Part shown: positions 18,502 to 27,055 of the stretch, in pieces | Layout of the letters: each line of letters begins with the position of its first letter | Position numbering within the stretch: position 1 is the stretch's first letter | Position numbers and translations under genes: made by a program | IMG/VR virus record: IMGVR_UViG_3300037722_000003 | Span: 1 to 30,761 of that record | Origin: a virus | Taxonomy: Duplodnaviria; Caudoviricetes | Reading direction: 5' to 3' (one strand) | DNA: 30,761 nucleotides | The notes under the pieces: generated by a model | Databases searched by the model: none | Told to the model about the DNA's origin: nothing | The model's input: the letters and a program-made list of their open reading frames with translations, nothing else

Positions 18502-18881
18502 CCGTCCGCTCCTGTTCGGGTGGTGCCAAGTGTACGGGGCGCGAACGCCGAGTAGTACCCGGTGCGCCCGAGGATCTCCTCGGACGGGGCAAACGACAGC
18601 ACCGACAGGAATCGGGCAATGTCACTGATGTCGAGGCCAGTGGGGTCGGCGGCGCGGCGCTCAGGAACGTCCTGAATCCGCTCGAACCGGCCACCTACCC
18701 GCCTTCGCTCTCCGTGTCGGTCCAAATCCTCACCCGAGGTCTGGCCCACTTGGAGGGCTAGTGCGGCGGCCTGCCTGCGGCGACCGATACGGCGAGCGTT
18801 CTGCTCCCGGACCAGCGCTTCGTCGGGGTGCGGCAGCAGGAGCCCCTCGGCTGGGGTCCCGCCGCTCATGGGTTCCGCCAT
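18498..18881 (-). CDS. Hypothetical protein preceding portal (gp7.3-like position)
   Basis: 127 aa, AGGAG RBS, ATGA-coupled to portal. Confidence 0.55.
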   Translation of the reverse strand: MAEPMSGGTPAEGLLLPHPDEALVREQNARRIGRRRQAAALALQVGQTSGEDLDRHGERRRVGGRFERIQDVPERRAADPTGLDISDIARFLSVLSFAPSEEILGRTGYYSAFAPRTLGTTRTGADG

Positions 18882-19101
18882 TGCGGTTCTCCTGCTTGCT
18901 CTTGATGGTCATGAGGAGCGCCAGCACGGCACGCTTACCTTGCTCGGTAGCCATGATCCGGTGTGCATCCTCAGCGGTGTACGATACTGCGGAGCGTGCC
19001 GAGCGGCACGTCTCGTCGATGTACTCTTCAATCCGATCCAGCAGAGTCTGTGGCACAGAAGGCCATGTCTCTGCGTCCTTCCAGTTCACGGAGGATTGCA
19101 T
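18730..19101 (-). CDS. Hypothetical protein (resembles the small T7 gp6.5-position family)
   Basis: AGGAG RBS; pattern PSVPQTLLDRIEE...IMATEQGKRAVLALL...Q. C-terminal tail overlaps the next gene by about 150 nt. Confidence 0.55.
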   Translation of the reverse strand: MQSSVNWKDAETWPSVPQTLLDRIEEYIDETCRSARSAVSYTAEDAHRIMATEQGKRAVLALLMTIKSKQENRNGGTHERRDPSRGAPAAAPRRSAGPGAERSPYRSPQAGRRTSPPSGPDLG

Positions 19102-19555
19102 CGGGTGTCTCTCCTCTCACGTTGATGTCCAGCGCCCCTAGGATGAGGCGCACAGGGGAGGTGCAGTTCCATGCCGGCACGGGCCAGAGGCGGAGGAACC
19201 GGAACGCAGATCGGATGACCTGTGTTTTTCGCCCCTCGATCTGCTCCAGCACCCTACCCACTGCTGGGGCATAGTGCTTTGGCCGGACAGTAATGGCGAC
19301 GACAGGGGCTCGTCCCTTGTCCCGGACGTACGATGGGGCATAGAACGCCTGACCTACCCCCTGTTGGGGCTGGTCCCACATATGGTAGCCAAGGGAGATC
19401 GTGATGTGGCTGTGCTTGAGGCCGGCGAGACGAGCCCACCACGCCCGGGGGCGCCTTGGCCACCCCCATACCACTACTGGAATGAGGTCCCAGTCGGGAG
19501 TCGTCTGTTCCTCCCCTTTTCGGCCGTTTCCCTCCATATTACCCATCTCGCCCAT
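19028..19555 (-). CDS. Putative permuted papain-like (NlpC/P60-type) protein
   Basis: His-first order HSHITISL...WNCTS...TPDAI. Start uncertain (19555, 19546 or 19537). Confidence 0.5.
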   Translation of the reverse strand: MGEMGNMEGNGRKGEEQTTPDWDLIPVVVWGWPRRPRAWWARLAGLKHSHITISLGYHMWDQPQQGVGQAFYAPSYVRDKGRAPVVAITVRPKHYAPAVGRVLEQIEGRKTQVIRSAFRFLRLWPVPAWNCTSPVRLILGALDINVRGETPDAILRELEGRRDMAFCATDSAGSD

Positions 19556-20306
19556 CTTCCCACACCGCGTCTACGGCGTCCTGAGGAGGGGTCCACGGGA
19601 TCGGGGCCTGCTTCTCGGAGTCCCAGTCCCCTGCCCTCAGGATCCTCGCACAGCGGGCCTGAGCGATGGCCTGATCGGCCGTGTACCCGGCGTCCCGGTA
19701 GGCCCGGAGGACCTCCATCAGCCAATCCTCGCCCCCGTTGAGGATCTTCGTGGCCTTGGCCGGGCCGATGCCCTTGATGCCCCCGAATCCGTCCGTCGAG
19801 TCCCCGGTCAGCCACTGCTGGTAGAAGACCCAGTCGGCCTCGACCTCGGTGGTGCGGACCGGGAAGTCCTCTTTGTTCGGGTTGAAGTGCCAGCCCGGGA
19901 TCTGGCGGAGGTCCTTGTCCACGGTGACCATGACCGGGTTGTCCACCGAGTCATTGGTGGCGAGGATCCCGAGGATGTCATCGGCCTCGATCCGGTTCCG
20001 ACGCACCACCGGCCCTGCCTCAGCACTCACCTCTCGGGCGAGGGGCAGCATGGCCGGGGGATCCACGGTCCGGTGGCTCTTGTACAACGGATACGCGTCC
20101 TTGCGGAAGTTGTCCTCCCGGGGGCAGGAGAAGCAGATCAGCCGCTTGGTGCAGAATGCCCGGCGCGTCCAGTCATCCAGCATGGCCTCCACCCGCTCGG
20201 TCAGTTCAAGCTGGTCAGCCATGCTACCGTGTGCCCACGCGGCGCAGGTGTATGCGATCACGTCAGCGTCGATGAGCGCAGTACGCTCTACCTGATAGTC
20301 AGTCAC
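19539..20306 (-). CDS. 5'-3' exonuclease, T7 gp6-like
   Basis: ALIDADVIAY, NFRK..YP.YKSHR, IEADDILG, DKDLRQIPG and GDSTDGFGGIKGIG motifs. Probable GTG start at 20306 after a GAGGAG RBS. Confidence 0.93.
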   Translation of the reverse strand: MTDYQVERTALIDADVIAYTCAAWAHGSMADQLELTERVEAMLDDWTRRAFCTKRLICFSCPREDNFRKDAYPLYKSHRTVDPPAMLPLAREVSAEAGPVVRRNRIEADDILGILATNDSVDNPVMVTVDKDLRQIPGWHFNPNKEDFPVRTTEVEADWVFYQQWLTGDSTDGFGGIKGIGPAKATKILNGGEDWLMEVLRAYRDAGYTADQAIAQARCARILRAGDWDSEKQAPIPWTPPQDAVDAVWEDGRDG

Positions 20307-20904
20307 GCAGTCTCTCCTCTGCAATTTCGCTCGTCCAGTACGGGGACATGATCTTGATCTTTTCCTCCAGCGAGGTCAGATTCTGGGCGTTAGGCATCGA
20401 GTAGTCGAACAGTTCATCGTCACCCTTGCCATCGCTGTATTCAGTGGCCATCCGCTCGCTCTCGTGCTTGCGCCACTCGGCGTCGAGGTCGGTCAGGCGG
20501 GGGAGCCCGTCGATGAAGCAGGTCAGTCCGCCCAGTCGCTTGACCGCAGCCACCTCATTCGGGTAGCGGAGGTCATCAATGATGATGACTCGCTCATGCC
20601 ATGCATCCGCCGGAGCCGACACCTCCGCCTCCCTGAGCAAGGCGACTCGCTCGTTGAAGCGGTCCACCCACCAGTCATCGCTGGCGGATCGGGCCTTCTG
20701 GCCGGCGAACTGGCAGAACTCCCGGTACAGGTGGTCCCATTCCCCTCCCTTGCGGAAGCCGAGAATCTCGCTCGCCTGCTTGAGGGGGCCAGCGAAGTGT
20801 TCCATCACGGGGAGGAAGCCCCGATCGACGATGTCCTTGGCGAGCATGGTGGCGGCGGTAGTCTTACCGGCCTGCGCCAGCCCAGCGAATCCGATGATCT
20901 GCAT
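20299..20904 (-). CDS. Deoxynucleoside monophosphate kinase
   Basis: IIGFAGLAQAGKTT P-loop, FAGPLK, IIDDLRYPNE and HESE motifs. Confidence 0.85.
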   Translation of the reverse strand: MQIIGFAGLAQAGKTTAATMLAKDIVDRGFLPVMEHFAGPLKQASEILGFRKGGEWDHLYREFCQFAGQKARSASDDWWVDRFNERVALLREAEVSAPADAWHERVIIIDDLRYPNEVAAVKRLGGLTCFIDGLPRLTDLDAEWRKHESERMATEYSDGKGDDELFDYSMPNAQNLTSLEEKIKIMSPYWTSEIAEERLRD

Positions 20905-21069
20905 TTAGCTGTACTCCTCATCTCTGTAGCCGACGTACTCGACATCGAACATCACGGTACGGCCCGCTTCCGTAGTCGCTTCGATGCGCACTGCGTCAGT
21001 TTCGTTGTCAACCATCCATCTGGCAAGGGCCTTGAGCGCCTCCGCCACCATCTTGTCTTCGCACTTCAT
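20905..21069 (-). CDS. Small hypothetical protein
   Basis: Probable start ATG 21069 (MKCEDKMVAEALKALARW...), 54 aa, filling the gap between ligase and kinase. Confidence 0.5.
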   Translation of the reverse strand: MKCEDKMVAEALKALARWMVDNETDAVRIEATTEAGRTVMFDVEYVGYRDEEYS

Positions 21070-21070
21070 T

Positions 21071-21883
21071 TCAGTCCCCCTCGTGGCAGCACACGAAGAC
21101 CGGGTGCCGGGGGATGTTGTCTCGGGTGCGCTCCATAGCACGCCAGCGGATGTCCAGCCGACTGTTGACGACATCCCCGTCGATCCTGTTCCACCACTCT
21201 CGCTGCTCGTCGGTGAACCCCGTACCCACGTTGAACACCACGCCCGTCTCGTGGTCCCGGCAGACCAAGGCGCCCATTCTGCCTTCGTGCTTCCCCTTAC
21301 CCGGCTCGATGCCGATGATGGTTGCGGTCCCGTCAATCTCATCCTTCCACTTGAGGAGGTTGCCGGTCCGCTTCTTCTCGTACCCGCTCTGCGGGTTGCG
21401 GAACATGACCCCTTCTCCTCCGTTGCTCAGGACATCGGCGTACAGCACTGCTGCCTGATCCTGAGAGGTGATAACGTGGTGACGGAGGACGAAGACAAGC
21501 TCCCGAGGGAGGGGGTGGACGGCGGCGTGCGCCTTTAGCAGCCGCTCCGAGAACTGCCCGGGGGTAATGGCGTCGAACACGACGTACTTGACCCCCTTGA
21601 ACTGCTCAAAGGTAGGGGACTTCTTCCGGACCGCCGACACGGTGTCCTGAAACCGGCCCCGGCCCATGAAGAACTCCCCATCCAGTGGGGTGATTACGTT
21701 CCTCATCATGTCCAGCCACAGCGCAGGGGCGTGGAGCGGCTTGTTCGAGCGGCTGAAGAAGCCCTGACGCTCAGGGCACCAGAGTGCCCGGACTCCGTCC
21801 AGCTTCTCGCTCATCATCCAGCCAAGCACGTCATGCTTGCCGGGGTCATACTTCTTGGCCAGCGTGCAATGGTACTCAGCCAT
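21071..21883 (-). CDS. ATP-dependent DNA ligase (minimal type)
   Basis: Motif I SEKLDGVR, III LDGEF, IIIa YVVFDA, IV EGVM, V LLKWK, and OB-domain VGTGFTD and PRHPVF. Confidence 0.93.
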   Translation of the reverse strand: MAEYHCTLAKKYDPGKHDVLGWMMSEKLDGVRALWCPERQGFFSRSNKPLHAPALWLDMMRNVITPLDGEFFMGRGRFQDTVSAVRKKSPTFEQFKGVKYVVFDAITPGQFSERLLKAHAAVHPLPRELVFVLRHHVITSQDQAAVLYADVLSNGGEGVMFRNPQSGYEKKRTGNLLKWKDEIDGTATIIGIEPGKGKHEGRMGALVCRDHETGVVFNVGTGFTDEQREWWNRIDGDVVNSRLDIRWRAMERTRDNIPRHPVFVCCHEGD

Positions 21884-22088
21884 CGACGACCTCCTTGTAG
21901 ACGGCGACAGATCCCCAGTAGTGGTCGAATCGGAACTTCCGAAAGGGGTAAGAGCCCAGGCTGGGGGGACCGCTGTGTGCCTCCAGCGGCGTACTGATAT
22001 GGAGAGGCATCATGACATAGTCCGAGTGCCTCCGTTTCGTGGTGAACCTCTCGCAGCCACAGGCCGTAATCAGCTTGACTGTCTGCAT
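21876..22088 (-). CDS. Small hypothetical protein
   Basis: Start ATG 22088 overlapping the DNA polymerase TAA (TAATG); MQTVKLITACGCERF..., 70 aa. Confidence 0.5.
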   Translation of the reverse strand: MQTVKLITACGCERFTTKRRHSDYVMMPLHISTPLEAHSGPPSLGSYPFRKFRFDHYWGSVAVYKEVVDG

Positions 22089-23983
22089 TAGTGAGTCTCT
22101 GCCCAGTTGGCGCCGATCTTGTACTCGCCATCCAGTTCGCACTGGACACTCAGCCGCTTGCCCGCTTCCTTGATGGCAGTCGGGATGGCCTGACCCACAC
22201 GCTCGGCGTGCTCCGGGTGGGATTCACACTGGAACTCATCATGAGGCCACAGCATGGGCGCATACAGTCTCTTCTCTCTCAGGTCCTGAAGCTGTGCATG
22301 GAAGCAGATCATCGACAGCTTCATCAGCACAGCCCCATCACCCTGCAACTTAGTGTTCAGGGCCGAGTGGGCGGAGCGCACAGGCGCCCGCCTGCCATCC
22401 AGCAGCACGACGTAGCCGAGGCCGGCCGCACCCTGCTGGCACCAGTCCACGAGATAGCGCATGGCGCTAAGGTTCTCTCCGAACCGATCCCGGAACTGCC
22501 GCCCGATCTTCTTCCGGGACTTGCCCTTGTACTTCTCCCTCTGGTCGGGGGACAAGGACGGGTGGTCAGCGATCGTAGTCCCGATCTTCTCATCGCCTGC
22601 CCCGTAGAGGAAGGCGTAGATCGTGGTCTTGCTCTGGTCCCGTGTGTCGAGCCCACCCGCCTCCATGTTGAACGTGTGGATGTCGCCGCTGACGACGACG
22701 CGGGCATACTCGCCGCCATCCCACCGGGCCAGTGCAGCCCCAAGCATGCGAAGCTCTAGACCACTGGCGTCCCCGCCGACCATCACCCAGCCGCGCTGAG
22801 TTGGGATCCACAGGCTACGCATCTCGTAGCCATACCGGCCGGGGTATCCCATGATGGGGCCGTCCGGACCCACCACCACCTTGGGGCAGGCGGTCTGGTT
22901 GGGCTGCTGGTGCGTGGCCCGGCCAGTAGCTGCCCCGTTGGTGTTGATCCGGGGATGGATGACCCCGGGAGTACGGCACTCCCGAGCCCGGGTGATCCAG
23001 TCCGTGAGATGCTGGAGCCTCTTGTCGGCCATCTGGTACTTGAGGAGGAGCCCTGCCTCCTCGAAGTCAATCCCGGTCAGGATGTCCTCTGTGACCGAGG
23101 GATTACCCGCCTCGGTTGTCGGCGCCTTCCACCCGTACTTCGCAAGGAAGCGGTCAGCGATCTGCTGGGAGCTTCCCGGGTTGAAGGGGTGCTCCTTCGT
23201 CTTGGCTGGGCCCTTCTCCAGCCACCGCTGGATCTCCTTCGGGGCGCCCTTCTTGGTGCCATACTGCTTCCCCGTGCTAGGGTCCACCCACCAGTGGGTC
23301 TTCATCGTCTCGATCAGGGGAGGGAACGCCTCGTGCAGGGAGTCGAGGGCCGAAGCCATCTCCACCTCCATGTACTCAGCCATCTTCTCCGCCCCCGCCA
23401 CGTCGATGCGGACACCATTGTCCGTCTGCCACGAGATGAGTGAGGCTACCGCATGCTCAATGCGGAGTGCCCCGGGGAACTTCTTCGCCCGGCCCTTGAT
23501 GTAGTCGAAGATGCGGTGCTGGACATCGGTGTCATTGATGCAGCGCTTCTCCATGAGAGGCGTCCACTCTGACCAGTCCTCGATGTCCTTGCCCACCTTC
23601 TTCATCCCAAACAGCTTGGCGAAGTCATCGACTCCATTGCCACCATGCGGGTTGTTCTTGGCGTCAGGCCACAGCAGCCGGGCTGCGACCAGCGTGTCGA
23701 ACAGCTTCGCCTTCGTCTCCAGCCCGTAGATGCGCTGGAGTACAGGGATGTCGTAGTCGAGGATGTTGTGTCCGATCAGCACGTCGGCTGAGGCTAGCTC
23801 AGCCACGCCCTCAGCGATGGTGTCCTCTTCCTTGTTGGCCCGGTAGACCTGCGTCTTCCCGCTGGGGTATGAGCGGAGTACGATGAGGTGGACCTTGTCG
23901 GCCTCCTTTATGTACTTGCCCTTACCCCGGATGACGAACTCACTAGAGCCATTCGCTTCGATGTCGAAGGTATAGGCCTTGAT
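22088..23983 (-). CDS. Family A DNA polymerase, T7 gp5-like (extends 59 codons upstream of the ORF-track start)
   Basis: ExoI FDIEANG (upstream of the track's GTG at 23806), ExoII GHNILDYD, ExoIII CIND, motif A DASGLELR, motif B RDQSKTTIYAFLYG, motif C HDEFQ. The frame is open to 23986; the putative start is ATC at 23983. Confidence 0.93.
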   Translation of the reverse strand: MKAYTFDIEANGSSEFVIRGKGKYIKEADKVHLIVLRSYPSGKTQVYRANKEEDTIAEGVAELASADVLIGHNILDYDIPVLQRIYGLETKAKLFDTLVAARLLWPDAKNNPHGGNGVDDFAKLFGMKKVGKDIEDWSEWTPLMEKRCINDTDVQHRIFDYIKGRAKKFPGALRIEHAVASLISWQTDNGVRIDVAGAEKMAEYMEVEMASALDSLHEAFPPLIETMKTHWWVDPSTGKQYGTKKGAPKEIQRWLEKGPAKTKEHPFNPGSSQQIADRFLAKYGWKAPTTEAGNPSVTEDILTGIDFEEAGLLLKYQMADKRLQHLTDWITRARECRTPGVIHPRINTNGAATGRATHQQPNQTACPKVVVGPDGPIMGYPGRYGYEMRSLWIPTQRGWVMVGGDASGLELRMLGAALARWDGGEYARVVVSGDIHTFNMEAGGLDTRDQSKTTIYAFLYGAGDEKIGTTIADHPSLSPDQREKYKGKSRKKIGRQFRDRFGENLSAMRYLVDWCQQGAAGLGYVVLLDGRRAPVRSAHSALNTKLQGDGAVLMKLSMICFHAQLQDLREKRLYAPMLWPHDEFQCESHPEHAERVGQAIPTAIKEAGKRLSVQCELDGEYKIGANWAETH

Positions 23984-23986
23984 CCG

Positions 23987-24076
23987 TCACCCCCTCCCCG
24001 CAGAACACGGCACGATGGCCCTAATCCACTGCTTCATCGACAGCGGCGCCTCAGGATCAGCAGCCATTGCAGCCAT
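23987..24076 (-). other. 29-codon upstream ORF in frame with DNA polymerase
   Basis: MAAMAADPEAPLSMKQWIRAIVPCSAGRG*, ending in TGA at 23987-23989, followed in frame by CGG ATC AAG GCC TAT ACC TTC GAC ATC GAA. Confidence 0.35.
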
Positions 24077-24314
24077 TGACCCGGTCGCGGAGGATGTCGT
24101 AGGCGGCCTGAAGCTCGTGGAGTGCGGCCCGCATCGACATCACGTCAAGGTTGACCTGCTTCTCGTTGAACTGAGACAGCCGGAACCCGTCACCGATCGG
24201 CGTGATGCGGTGCTGGAGTGCCGGGAGTGACTCCTTCTTCGGGGAGCGAGTCGAGGTCGAGCCCTGCGAGATCGGCTTCGAGTTCTTGTTCTGGTTCGAG
24301 TGTGCTTCCGACAT
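24057..24314 (-). CDS. Hypothetical protein overlapping the helicase C-terminus
   Basis: AAGGAG RBS before ATG 24314 (MSEAHSNQ...), strong GC3 bias, ends NGCNGC. Confidence 0.55.
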   Translation of the reverse strand: MSEAHSNQNKNSKPISQGSTSTRSPKKESLPALQHRITPIGDGFRLSQFNEKQVNLDVMSMRAALHELQAAYDILRDRVNGCNGC

Positions 24315-25980
24315 TGTCGTCTTCTCCTTGGTCATCCCACTCAACCTGAGTTAGGCGGCGGGTCTGCTTGTCGAACTTGAGGTGCCCGGCCACACCAGTG
24401 TCGCCGGTGAACCGGCCCTTGAGGGACCGGACCTTGATGATGGACCGAGCTTTGGCATCCTCTGCCTGCTGGTCACGCTCAATGGCGATGACCGAGTTGG
24501 GCACAGAGCCCAGTGACCCGGAGCCTCGGAGGTTCTTCAGGCTGATCTGCCCGCCCTCCTCCGCTGCCTTGCCGTCGAGCCTGTTGAGTTGCGAGACGAG
24601 GTCGATATGGACCCCAGTACGCTCCACGATAGAGCGCAGCTTCTTCATGATGTCGTCGATGCTCTCCCGCTCGCTCCCGTTGCGGTCCATGCCGGCGACT
24701 ACCGCCGTGACATGGTCGATGAAGATGACATCGCACTCCAGTGCGGTGGCCATGTACTCGACACGCTGAAGTACGTTGCCGAAGTCGTTGGTCCCGTGGT
24801 GGTCGTAGATGTACAGCGGCATAGCCGAGAAGAACTGGCGGGCCTCCTCGTACTCTTCATCGGTGAGGTCATCGGGGTAGCCGAAGTCGAGGCAGTCGCC
24901 TCCCTCCAGCACGAGGAGGGTATTGAGTTCCCTCGCCGCCCGAATCTGGCGGACAGGCTTGCTGATCTTGAGGGAGATCAGGTCATCCAGCGTCTCGGCT
25001 GGCGCCTCCTCAAGCATGAGCAAGCCGACCCTGCGCCCCCTCAGTAGGTGATGCAGGGACAGTTCACGAATCACTGTGGACTTGCCCGAGCCTGTGCCCG
25101 AGGCCCACAGCGTCATCTCACCTGACCGTTGCCCCATGAAGCTGCGAGTCATGCAGTCCCATGGGAAGGACCAGATGTTCTGATGCGGTCGGTCATGTTC
25201 ACTGATATCGCTGACGTGCAGGATACCATCAGGCTGGTAGGTACGAGCCTCATAGATAGACTGCAAGCACGACTTGCTCTCGTTCCTGAGGAGGCACTCA
25301 TTGGCGTCCTTCAGTGGGAGGTGTGCGATGCGCACCTTGCCCGCTGGCAGAAGCTCAGCGCACTTCTCTGCCGCCATGCGGCCGGCGTCGTCGTTGTCGA
25401 AGGCAAGCACCACCTCGTCGTACCCCGAGAGGAACGTGAGGTTCGTCTTGATTGCCTTCGGCCCATGGCTCACGCCATTGGGCAGGGAGACTACCGGCCA
25501 CCTGTTCTGCCACAGTTGGCTGACAGAGAGGCAGTCGATCTCCCCCTCGGTGATGACGATGCGTTTGCCCTTGCCTGACCACAGCCACTGTCCGTACAGG
25601 GGCAGGTCCGTGACATCGCCCAGCCATCGGAACTGCTTGCTCTTGCCCCGGATATGCTGGGCAACAAGCTCGCCGTCCTTCAGGTAGTTAGCGACCTCGA
25701 CCTTCTCACCATTCACCTTAGCGGTGCGGTAGTCGTGGAATCTGGTAGTGCGCTCGTCAATGCGGCGGTGGTTGAGAGGGAGGACCTGACCCCGGATAGC
25801 CTTGGTCAGCTTGGTCTTCGCTGTCTCCACCGTCTCCCCATCACCGTGAACATGATACCCGCAAGCGAAGCAGTGCGACCCTCGGCCGGGAGCGTAGACG
25901 ACGAGGTTGTCACCTTTGGTGTCCCCGCCATTCTCCCGGCACTGTGGGCACGGCTCCTTACGGCTCCCTTCCATACTCAC
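24190..25980 (-). CDS. Primase-helicase, T7 gp4-like
   Basis: Zn ribbon CPQC...CFAC, TOPRIM ITEGEID and FDND, Walker A SGTGSGKS, IFIDH, LRGSGSL, acidic tail. Confidence 0.95.
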   Translation of the reverse strand: MSMEGSRKEPCPQCRENGGDTKGDNLVVYAPGRGSHCFACGYHVHGDGETVETAKTKLTKAIRGQVLPLNHRRIDERTTRFHDYRTAKVNGEKVEVANYLKDGELVAQHIRGKSKQFRWLGDVTDLPLYGQWLWSGKGKRIVITEGEIDCLSVSQLWQNRWPVVSLPNGVSHGPKAIKTNLTFLSGYDEVVLAFDNDDAGRMAAEKCAELLPAGKVRIAHLPLKDANECLLRNESKSCLQSIYEARTYQPDGILHVSDISEHDRPHQNIWSFPWDCMTRSFMGQRSGEMTLWASGTGSGKSTVIRELSLHHLLRGRRVGLLMLEEAPAETLDDLISLKISKPVRQIRAARELNTLLVLEGGDCLDFGYPDDLTDEEYEEARQFFSAMPLYIYDHHGTNDFGNVLQRVEYMATALECDVIFIDHVTAVVAGMDRNGSERESIDDIMKKLRSIVERTGVHIDLVSQLNRLDGKAAEEGGQISLKNLRGSGSLGSVPNSVIAIERDQQAEDAKARSIIKVRSLKGRFTGDTGVAGHLKFDKQTRRLTQVEWDDQGEDDNVGSTLEPEQELEADLAGLDLDSLPEEGVTPGTPAPHHADR

Positions 25981-26402
25981 TCCTTCTCATTCAGGGTGAC
26001 AGGATGCAGTCGAGTGACAGTCAGCACGATCTGCTCGTGTCCCTCAACGGCGTATCGCTTGTACGTGTGGTTGGTGACGATGTCGTCATCGTCCTCCCAC
26101 ACCACTCCATTGAGCGAGTCCCACACCGCCTTCTCGTAGTTGTCGTTGTCCCCCTTGGGGTAGTGCTTCTTCCGAGTCGTGGACTTGGGGCGAGCCCGAT
26201 AGATCCACGTCTCGACATCCATGGGGCCAGTGATGGGTTCTCTGTCCCACTCCTTGACCCACTCCAGCATACGCTCACGGAACTGCTTGTACGTCTTCCC
26301 GTAATACGTACCCCACCTCCCGACTCGGGGTCGGGAGGCAGGGACCGGAGGGATGTCGATATGGAAGGTGATGCTGTTCCCGTCTGAGACGACCGGGATC
26401 AC
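25977..26402 (-). CDS. rusA: RusA-family Holliday junction resolvase
   Basis: PVPASRPR N-terminus, KGDNDNYEKAVWDSLNGVVWEDDDDIV and KRY match the RusA signature. GTG start. Confidence 0.88.
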   Translation of the reverse strand: MIPVVSDGNSITFHIDIPPVPASRPRVGRWGTYYGKTYKQFRERMLEWVKEWDREPITGPMDVETWIYRARPKSTTRKKHYPKGDNDNYEKAVWDSLNGVVWEDDDDIVTNHTYKRYAVEGHEQIVLTVTRLHPVTLNEKE

Positions 26403-27055
26403 AGCAGCCCCGCAGTGGGGTCATCGTCGCTGTCGTCGCCGTCCGTCGCATCGGTGAAGAGGTCCCCCTCATCTTCGAGGTTGTCGTCCGACGATTCCTC
26501 GATGTCAGGGGCGGTGTTGCCCTCATCCTCCGTGGCGTACTCCTCCTCCACCTCGAACGTGGAGCCACAGGCGCCGGCACGGGCGCTCGCCTTGAGAAGC
26601 TGGACGGCGTTCAGGTACAGCTTGATACCAGAGCCAGAGGCAAGCTCCCACTTGCACAGGGAGCCCTCGGCCCGGACGATGTCGCCACCCCACACGTCGG
26701 CCGTGTCGTCCTTCTGCCCCTTGGCGTTGAACACCGGGACCGGGTCATCGCCCTCCTTGCAGTTCGTGGTCATCTCGATGTAGGGAGTGCCCACTTCGAC
26801 CTTGGTCACCTCGGCCAGCCTCTCGTTGGCCAGCTTGAACGGCAGCCCCTTCTTCGTGACACCCACGGCCTTGGCCGCAGCGGCCACGTCCTTGACGAAC
26901 GCAGCGAACTCGGGGTCCTTCTTGTCGAACAGTAGGGTGATACGGTACCGAGACTTGTTGAAGCTGGTGTCCGGCTTGTTGAGGTAGGCGAAGGCAGCAG
27001 TGGCCTTCGGGGTGCGGACCTTCTTCAGCTTGGTGATGTCAGCGCCTTTGCTCAT
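26399..27055 (-). CDS. Single-stranded DNA-binding protein, T7 gp2.5-like
   Basis: TPKATAAFAYLNKPDT, VFNAKG, VWGGD and GIKLYLNAVQL motifs plus a long acidic C-terminal tail. Confidence 0.88.
   Translation of the reverse strand: MSKGADITKLKKVRTPKATAAFAYLNKPDTSFNKSRYRITLLFDKKDPEFAAFVKDVAAAAKAVGVTKKGLPFKLANERLAEVTKVEVGTPYIEMTTNCKEGDDPVPVFNAKGQKDDTADVWGGDIVRAEGSLCKWELASGSGIKLYLNAVQLLKASARAGACGSTFEVEEEYATEDEGNTAPDIEESSDDNLEDEGDLFTDATDGDDSDDDPTAGLL

Noticed and set aside
23987-23989. Genome-wide TGA reassignment or selenocysteine insertion
   Set aside because: TGA is a true stop for capsid, portal, helicase and others (with ATGA coupling), the position is not catalytic, and the nearby hairpin is short and lies within a conserved coding motif.
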